Assembly (NCBI GenBank): GCA_963724765.1
Contig: CAVRVY010000003.1
Span: 1,440,001 to 1,504,000, forward strand
Direction of reading: 5' to 3'
Origin: an uncultured delta proteobacterium
GTDB taxonomy: Bacteria > Desulfobacterota > Binatia > Binatales > Binataceae
DNA length: 64,000 bases
Below are positions 57,776 through 64,000 of this stretch, in pieces. How positions within the stretch are numbered: position 1 is the first letter of the stretch; each line of letters begins with the position of its first letter. The notes under the pieces are model-generated. The model was not told where the DNA came from. It saw nothing but the letters and a program-made list of their open reading frames with translations, and did not search any database. The translations under genes and the position numbers were made by a program.

Positions 57776-59580
57776 GATGCTGGCGCGCGGGCCGCGGCCG
57801 CCTCGCATTCGTAGGTGGGAAGACAGATCGTCACCGCGGTGCCCTTGCCGATTTCGCTATCGATGCGGATGGTGCCGAGGTTGGCCAGGATGATGCGCTG
57901 GCAGAGCGAAAGCCCCAGACCCACTCCCGCACCGGCCGGCTTGGTGGTGAAAAACGGATCGAAGACGCGGCTTAGATGCTCGGGAGGAATTCCGATCCCA
58001 TTGTCGACCACGCGCATCAGGACCTTCTTGACGTGGCCGCTGTTGTCGCGGCCGGCCTGGTTCTCGGTCACGATCCGGATGGTGCCGCCGCGATGCTGGC
58101 TCGCGTCGGCGGCGTTGAAGATCAAGTTGATCAGCACCTGCTGGATCTCGTTGCTGTCGGCGAATGCGAGCTTGAGGTCGCCGGCAAGCTGCGGCTCGAA
58201 GGTAATGCCCTGGAAGCGGCTATTGTAGGCCACCAGGCGCAGCGTCTCGCGCACCTGCTCGTTGAGGTCGAAACGGCCGCGCTGCGACGGCGAGGGTCGC
58301 GCGAAGTTGACCAGGTCCTTGAGCGTGGTCGAGATGCGCGTGATCTGCGCGAGGATCGTGTGTAGCGAGGTGCGCCGCGCGAGGTCGGTCTCCTCCGGCA
58401 GCAGCGACTGCACCAGCGAGGAGATTGAGCCGAGCGGGTTGTCGACCTCGTGCGCCACGCCGGTGGCGAAGGTGCCGGCCGCGGCCAATCGCTCGGTGCG
58501 CAGCAGCTCGTCGAGCATCTCGCGCCGCTGGGTCACGTCATGCAGGATCATGTGCACGAACTGCACCTTGCCGAACGAGATCAGCGCCGAGTTGACGTCG
58601 AAATAGCGTCCGGCCTCCGGCCAATCGCGGATCTGGTCGGAGCCGTCGCGCACCACCTTCTCCACGTGACGCAGGATGTGCGGCAGGTCCTCGGGCGGAC
58701 CAAGCTCGGTCAACTTGCGGCCCACCAGCGGCTTGTCCTCGTGGTCCGGAACGATCCGGTACATCGCCTCGGCGGCGGCGTTGGCGCCCTGCACGATCCA
58801 GGTGTAGGGCTCGATTTCGTACATCGGGTCGGGCGCGTGGTCGATGGTGGTGCGATACTTTTCCTCGGAGACGCGCAGCGCATGCTCGCGCGACTCGATA
58901 TAAAACTGCGAAACCATCAGGCGCCGCTCGTCGACCGCGGCCACCACCGCTTCGCGCACGCGCTCCATCCGCGGTCCTTTGAGCATGGCGCGTACCCGTT
59001 TGAGGATGAGTTGCTTGAGCGCGATGTGCAGGACGTTAAACTCCGACGGCCTCACCCGCGACAGCATCCCTTCTTGACAGTGCCGGCGCAGATAAACGTA
59101 GGTGTCGAGGTTGTCGCGGTCGCGCAGGTTCTCGGTGAAGCGGATGAGCGCGTTGGCGCAGTTCTCGTATATGTGCGGATACTTGCGCAGAGCACGTTCG
59201 TCCAACATCCCGCGAATTACGCCGGTCCATTCCTCGACGATCCGCTCGAAGTGGCGATCGATTATGTTGGCGGCAGCGCGGCGTGAGCGATGGCTTTCCG
59301 GTCCTCGGCGGTAGTCCGCTCCAAAGAGCGCCGAAAGCGCCTGCTCGATCGAATGGAGTTGGGCGCGGATCGAATCGAGATCCTCAGGCGTCGCCTGGAG
59401 CGCCTCGTCGGAGGGAGACCGGAGCCCCGTTGCGGCCGTCTGAGGCGGCCGCGCAGCCGCCTTGGCGGCCTGATGCGAAGGCGGCTTCTTATGAGCGACC
59501 GGGTTTTTATGCGGTACCGTCCCGTGCTTATGAGGGGGCGCCTCGCGCGGCGAGCGGCGGCTATTAGGATGCTGTTCCAC
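57772..59580 (-). CDS. Cytoplasmic PAS sensor histidine kinase
   Basis: H-box AHEVDNPL, QVLINLIFNA, DNGIGI, FDPFFTTK, GLGL; PAS-like SEEKYRTTIDHAPD..HDVT; no TM; ATGA-coupled to the regulator. Confidence 0.93.
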   Translation of the reverse strand: MEQHPNSRRSPREAPPHKHGTVPHKNPVAHKKPPSHQAAKAAARPPQTAATGLRSPSDEALQATPEDLDSIRAQLHSIEQALSALFGADYRRGPESHRSRRAAANIIDRHFERIVEEWTGVIRGMLDERALRKYPHIYENCANALIRFTENLRDRDNLDTYVYLRRHCQEGMLSRVRPSEFNVLHIALKQLILKRVRAMLKGPRMERVREAVVAAVDERRLMVSQFYIESREHALRVSEEKYRTTIDHAPDPMYEIEPYTWIVQGANAAAEAMYRIVPDHEDKPLVGRKLTELGPPEDLPHILRHVEKVVRDGSDQIRDWPEAGRYFDVNSALISFGKVQFVHMILHDVTQRREMLDELLRTERLAAAGTFATGVAHEVDNPLGSISSLVQSLLPEETDLARRTSLHTILAQITRISTTLKDLVNFARPSPSQRGRFDLNEQVRETLRLVAYNSRFQGITFEPQLAGDLKLAFADSNEIQQVLINLIFNAADASQHRGGTIRIVTENQAGRDNSGHVKKVLMRVVDNGIGIPPEHLSRVFDPFFTTKPAGAGVGLGLSLCQRIILANLGTIRIDSEIGKGTAVTICLPTYECEAAAARAPAS

Positions 59581-59770
59581 TCTGATGCCGTTACTGATCG
59601 ACTTATAACATCGCTAAAATCCGCCTTCTAGCAGCGCCGTGGGCGTTTTGCATAGCCGCGAAAACGCCAATCTGCGATCGGCCCGGTCGCAAAAGGGTTA
59701 GCCAACATCCCAATACGTTGACCTTTGACCTCCTCCCTCTCGTAAAAAACCAAGGCGATGCGAGGCTTTT

Positions 59771-62350
59771 TTGGTGGCACAGCTTTGGCTGTGTGGGGCC
59801 GTCGTGCTACCAGACCAATGCTTGCGGCCAGCTATCCTTGCGCAGGGGAAATTTTTCTCCCGCGCCGGTCAGAAATTCTTTCTCAAAGCGATGCGGCTCG
59901 CGGATGTCCGGCCGGCGCTGGATCTCAGCCAGCGGCTCGTGCTCAGGTATCGTCTCCAGGGTTTGCAGGAGACCCATACCACTGCCCTGGTGCTGAGCGA
60001 GGAGCAGGCGGAATCCGTCCTCGACCTCGCCACCTACACAGGCCTCCAGGCGCTGATCGAAGTCGCCGTCAAGCCCGAGGACCTGCTCGAACCTGCCCGC
60101 GCTCGCGAAACCGCCGCCCGTATCGCCCATACCGTCAATATCTGGCGTAACCATCCCTCGCTCATAGGATATATCATCGACTGCCCGATCGCTCCCGAGC
60201 AGTTGCGGATGCTCGGGGTCGAGCGTCTGCGGCGCGCGCTTGACCGGATTATTCGCGAGATTCATTCGCGCGACGGCCGCGCGTTGGCCGCACTGAAACA
60301 TCGCCCATCCACGATTGCGCTCGCGACCGAAGCCGAGGATTTCCTCTACGCCGAAGTCGGCCGCTTCACGCCCGCGGAACTCGCACCGTTCGTGATCGCG
60401 CTGCACAATCTCGCAATGGCGCGGCCGGTGGTGATCGAATTTCCGCAGGCCATAGCGGGCCAGGGCCCCGAACAGGACGAACTGGTGGCGACGGCTTTCG
60501 GCGTCGGCACAGCCGGCGTGGTAGCGCCGCCGGTTTCCCGCGCGGCCGCCGCGGACTGGCTCGCGGTACGTCCGATGCGGCCAATGCGGGTTGAAGAGGC
60601 GAGCCCGTTCGTCTCGCTCAATGGAACCTGTCCGCCGCGGCCGTCGCGTATCCCTATGGTGTCGGTGGTAATCTGCGCCTACAACGCCGAGCGCACGATG
60701 CTGCCGTGTCTGGAGTCGCTCCGCCGGCTCAAGTACCCCAACTACGAAATCGTAATCGTCGACGACGGCTCGCGCGATCGCACCGCCGAAATCGCGATGG
60801 ATTTTCCCGAGTTCCGGCTCATCCGCCAGCCCAACAAGGGTTTGAGCGTGGCGCGCAACGTCGGGCTGTATGCGGCGCGCGGCGAGATCATCGCCTACAC
60901 CGACTCGGACTGCGTTGTCGACCCCGATTGGCTGACCCTGATGGTGCGCGCGATGCTGGACGGCGGCTTCGACGGCTGCGGCGGTCCCAACTATGCGCCG
61001 CACGAGGAAGGCCGGGTCGAGGGCTGCGTCGCCGCCGCGCCGGGCGCGCCTTGTCACGTGCTGGTCGCCGATGATCGCGCCGAGCATCTGGCCGGATGCA
61101 ACATGGTCTTCACCAAGGCCGCGCTGGTGGCGGTGGGCGGCTTCGACGCGCAATTCACTTCGGCCGGCGACGACGTCGACATCTGCTGGCGCATGCTGGA
61201 TGCAGGTTTCACGCTTGGCTACTGCCCGGCGGCCTTCGTATGGCACTTCCGCCGCAACACGGTGAAGGCCTACTACGGTCAGCAGCGCGGCTACGGCCGG
61301 GCCGAGGCGGCGCTCTATCTGAAATATCCCGAGCGCTTCAACGCGCTTGGGCAGATAAAATGGCGCGGTACGATACCGGGCCTCGCGGCGACCGTGCCTG
61401 GCGCGCTGCGCCGACGTATCGGATGGACGCGGGCGGCCGGCGCCCCGCAGACGGTGCGCGACGAGGTGCCGGGAATCCTGAGCTTCCTGCCGCAGACGCT
61501 GGAATGGAACCTGGTGTTCGCGGCCGCGACGGTCTTCACCTGGTGCGCGGGATTTACAGTGCTGCCGGCGCTGGCGATGCTCGCGCTGGGACCGGTATGG
61601 GCGCTGCATCACGCATGCCAGGCGCCGCTGGAGAAATGTCACGACTCGCTCGGTTCGCGGCTGTTCGTCGCGTTCCTTGCCTGGAGTGGACCGATGGTGC
61701 GAACGTGGACCCGATGGAAGATGCGGATGCGCACGGTTAGCCTCGGCAGCGAAGTCCAGCCGCGCCAGCGTCCCGCGCTGCGATGGCTTGGCCGCACCCT
61801 GCATCTTTCCTACTGGAACGAGGCGTGGACCACGCGCGAGAGCCTGCTCGAGCGGCTGGCGCGGCGCTTCTCGCGCGCCGGCCTCGCCGTGACGCATGAT
61901 CCCGGATGGAACGACTTTGACCTTGAGGTTCGCCCCGACCCCTGGACGCGGCTGCATTTCAAGACCGCCGACGAGGAGCACGAAGGCGCGCGGCTGAAAA
62001 ATCATGTCGCCGTGCGCGTCAGGCTCAGCCGGCTGACCCGGATTGGCCTCGCGATCGCGGCAGGCGTGACCCTGCTATGCGCGGCGATGGGCCTCTCGGT
62101 GATGGCCGCGGTGCTGGCCGCGCTCACCATGGCGAGCGCGATGTGTGCGGTGAGCCAGGCGGTCGAATCAGGGCGGTTCGCCTATCAAGCCGTCGAGCAG
62201 TGTGCGCAGGAACTCAACCTGATTCCGCTCGGCAAGCCGACCACGGCGGCGCGGCGCGCGGCGGCCGCGGCGCAGCCCAGTGCGGCGGCGGCCGAGCCAA
62301 TCGCGTCGGCGGCCAAGTTGTTCGCCGACAACCGGACCGCGGCGGAGTAA
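59771..62350 (+). CDS. GT2 glycosyltransferase with N-terminal degenerate glycoside-hydrolase-like barrel and C-terminal TMs
   Basis: VSVVICAYNA, VDDGSRD, GLSVARN, YTDSDC, GCNM, GDDVD, QQRGYG; N-terminal GKFF..KFFLK. Start uncertain. Confidence 0.88.
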   Translation: MVAQLWLCGAVVLPDQCLRPAILAQGKFFSRAGQKFFLKAMRLADVRPALDLSQRLVLRYRLQGLQETHTTALVLSEEQAESVLDLATYTGLQALIEVAVKPEDLLEPARARETAARIAHTVNIWRNHPSLIGYIIDCPIAPEQLRMLGVERLRRALDRIIREIHSRDGRALAALKHRPSTIALATEAEDFLYAEVGRFTPAELAPFVIALHNLAMARPVVIEFPQAIAGQGPEQDELVATAFGVGTAGVVAPPVSRAAAADWLAVRPMRPMRVEEASPFVSLNGTCPPRPSRIPMVSVVICAYNAERTMLPCLESLRRLKYPNYEIVIVDDGSRDRTAEIAMDFPEFRLIRQPNKGLSVARNVGLYAARGEIIAYTDSDCVVDPDWLTLMVRAMLDGGFDGCGGPNYAPHEEGRVEGCVAAAPGAPCHVLVADDRAEHLAGCNMVFTKAALVAVGGFDAQFTSAGDDVDICWRMLDAGFTLGYCPAAFVWHFRRNTVKAYYGQQRGYGRAEAALYLKYPERFNALGQIKWRGTIPGLAATVPGALRRRIGWTRAAGAPQTVRDEVPGILSFLPQTLEWNLVFAAATVFTWCAGFTVLPALAMLALGPVWALHHACQAPLEKCHDSLGSRLFVAFLAWSGPMVRTWTRWKMRMRTVSLGSEVQPRQRPALRWLGRTLHLSYWNEAWTTRESLLERLARRFSRAGLAVTHDPGWNDFDLEVRPDPWTRLHFKTADEEHEGARLKNHVAVRVRLSRLTRIGLAIAAGVTLLCAAMGLSVMAAVLAALTMASAMCAVSQAVESGRFAYQAVEQCAQELNLIPLGKPTTAARRAAAAAQPSAAAAEPIASAAKLFADNRTAAE

Positions 62351-62575
62351 GCGGAGAAAAAGACTCCCGTCCGGCGAGCGGCCATGCAGGTATCAGTGTG
62401 GCCGGACTTGTGGTGGAAGCGGGGAGTGTGGATAGCGGGGTGGGCGGTGCGATGCGCCGTCCGCCCCGCGGTTTTTATCTTCGGCCGTTCCCATCCACTA
62501 CGGCTTCTTATATACCCCGAGAAGCGTTAGCGGAGCGCCGTGAGAGCATCCGGCGCCGGCGCGGCCGGAAGCTTT

Positions 62576-63883
62576 ATGGCACATGACTTCTTCTCCGGGT
62601 TCATCGAACGCGCGCGGGCCGGTGACTCGCGATTAGGCCGCGCGCTCAAGTCGCGCACGGCCGGCGTGCTCGAGCGCTGCGCCGACGGCTTCCAGCGCGA
62701 CAACGATCTGCTCTGGGCCTCGGCACTCACCTATACGACGGGGCTGTCGATCGTGCCGATCCTTGCCGTGGCGCTCTCGGCGCTCAACGGGCTGGGCGGC
62801 GCCCAGGTGATCCGCCCGCTGCTCGAGCGCTACCTTACCGCCAACTCGCCCGATATTACCGACCGCCTGATGTCCTTCGTCTCCAACGTCAACGCCAAGA
62901 CCCTGGGCGCGGTCGGCGCGGCCGCGCTGCTCTTTACCGTGGTCCTCACCCTGAGCACGGTCGAGCAGGCGCTGAACAACATTTTCCGCGTCGTGTATGG
63001 GCGCACGATGGCGCGCAAGTTCGCCGACTACCTGAGCGTGACCTTCGCGGTGCCGGTGCTGCTGGCCGGCGCGCTCGGCGTGCGCCAAATCCTGCTGGAG
63101 CACCTGCCGAACGTCCCCGGCGCCGGATGGATCAGCTCGAGCCTCGCCATCTGGGCCGGCTTCTTTTTTCTTTACGTTTTTTTCCCCAACCGCCGGGTGC
63201 GCTTCGAAGCCGCCGCGGTAGGCTCGCTGGTGGCGTCGATCCTGCTCCAGATCGCGCAGTGGGCTTTCATCTATTTTCAGTATGGCGTTAACCGCTACGC
63301 CGCGATCTACGGCGCGCTCGCCTCAATCCCGGTGTTGCTCACCTGGATCTATATGACCTGGGTGATCGTGCTGCTCGGCGCCGAGATGACCGCGGCCTTC
63401 GAACTCCGTAACCAGCCGCTGGTCGCGGACCCGTGGGCGATGAGCGAGCGCGCCGTAGCGCTGGCCGTCGCGCTGCGGCTGGGCGAACGGATGGCGGGAC
63501 GGCACGGCGTGGTCACGCCCGCCACGCTATCCTCGGAACTCGGAATCGACGAGGCCGTCCTGGTCGAGGTCTTGCGGCGCCTGGAGGGCGGCGGAATCGT
63601 GATCGAAACGGCGGGCGGCGATGGTGGCGAGCGCGGATTGTTCCTCGCCCGCGATTCCTCGATGATCGGCCTTGGGGAAGTGCTTGAATGTGTCAGGGGC
63701 CGCGGCCCGGCCGTGGTCTCCTCGGATGCGCGGGTGGCCACGATGGTCGAGCGGTTGCGTCAGGCCGAGCGCGATACGCTCGGTGGATTCACGGTGCGCG
63801 ATTTGATCGAGCGCACGGCGAGCGCGGCCGCGCCGGCCCAGGCACCGGCGCGCGATGGCGAGCGCGCGGCCGAGCAGACCTGA
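62576..63883 (+). CDS. YihY/BrkB family membrane protein with C-terminal winged-helix extension
   Basis: ASALTYTTGLSIVP, EQALNNIF, IYGALASIPVLLTWIY..LLGAE; tail LRRLEGGGIV..LFLARD. Confidence 0.92.
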   Translation: MAHDFFSGFIERARAGDSRLGRALKSRTAGVLERCADGFQRDNDLLWASALTYTTGLSIVPILAVALSALNGLGGAQVIRPLLERYLTANSPDITDRLMSFVSNVNAKTLGAVGAAALLFTVVLTLSTVEQALNNIFRVVYGRTMARKFADYLSVTFAVPVLLAGALGVRQILLEHLPNVPGAGWISSSLAIWAGFFFLYVFFPNRRVRFEAAAVGSLVASILLQIAQWAFIYFQYGVNRYAAIYGALASIPVLLTWIYMTWVIVLLGAEMTAAFELRNQPLVADPWAMSERAVALAVALRLGERMAGRHGVVTPATLSSELGIDEAVLVEVLRRLEGGGIVIETAGGDGGERGLFLARDSSMIGLGEVLECVRGRGPAVVSSDARVATMVERLRQAERDTLGGFTVRDLIERTASAAAPAQAPARDGERAAEQT

Positions 63884-63914
63884 ACCGCACTGCCTCGTAC
63901 CCTGGCTGGAATTC

Positions 63915-64000
63915 CTAATCCTCGAGCAGCTTGTGCAGCGATTCGAGCTCGCGCCGAACCTCTGACAGCGCGCGTCGTGCGCGGTCGTCGCCGGCGCCGC
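63915..64000 (-). CDS. 3' end of a gene entering from the right (helical C-terminus, possibly a MerR-type regulator)
   Basis: ..DDRARRALSEVRRELESLHKLLED-TAG; family guess weak. Confidence 0.45.
   Translation of the reverse strand, partial: GAGDDRARRALSEVRRELESLHKLLED

Noticed and set aside
59807-62005. 732-aa minus-strand ORF
   Set aside because: Antisense shadow of the GT2 gene.
1-64000. CRISPR array, prophage, integron, IS transposase, rRNA or tRNA
   Set aside because: No regularly spaced repeats, integrase, transposase, phage structural or rRNA/tRNA signatures found by eye.

Overview
High-GC bacterial chromosomal window, densely coding and mostly core/housekeeping. Gene style loosely suggests a deltaproteobacterial-type lineage such as Candidatus Binatia; this is inference only. 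Left to right: (1) an operon-like Ser/Thr-phosphorylation cluster (zinc-ribbon-FHA, kinase-FHA, zinc-ribbon-pseudokinase-PP2C, receptor kinase with duplicated extracytoplasmic domain, membrane-FHA, lipoprotein); (2) Ku; (3) a GtrB/GT-C glycosylation pair, csp, a HIT-like protein and a small exported HTH protein; (4) ADH/enoyl-CoA hydratase; (5) fbp-glk-fbaB-PPi-pfk; (6) selB-selD-gorA, where SelD has an in-frame UGA (Sec) plus SECIS-like hairpin missed by the ORF track; (7) a candidate sigma54-driven multi-hairpin RNA upstream of selB; (8) a NitT/TauT ABC system, AddAB, a PTPS-III-type enzyme, a sigma54 activator; (9) an Rrf2-controlled organosulfur monooxygenase pair with tandem IscR-type boxes; (10) sodB, ffs(SRP)-dnaX-ybaB-recR, cstA, a probably broken hicBA, tatA; (11) an NtrB/C-like pair, a GT2 and YihY. 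No rRNA, tRNA, CRISPR array, transposase or prophage was seen. Best candidates for something new: the kinase/FHA/PP2C receptor system, the C-loop sRNA, and the signal-peptide-HTH protein. All assignments are by eye from motifs; no searches were run.
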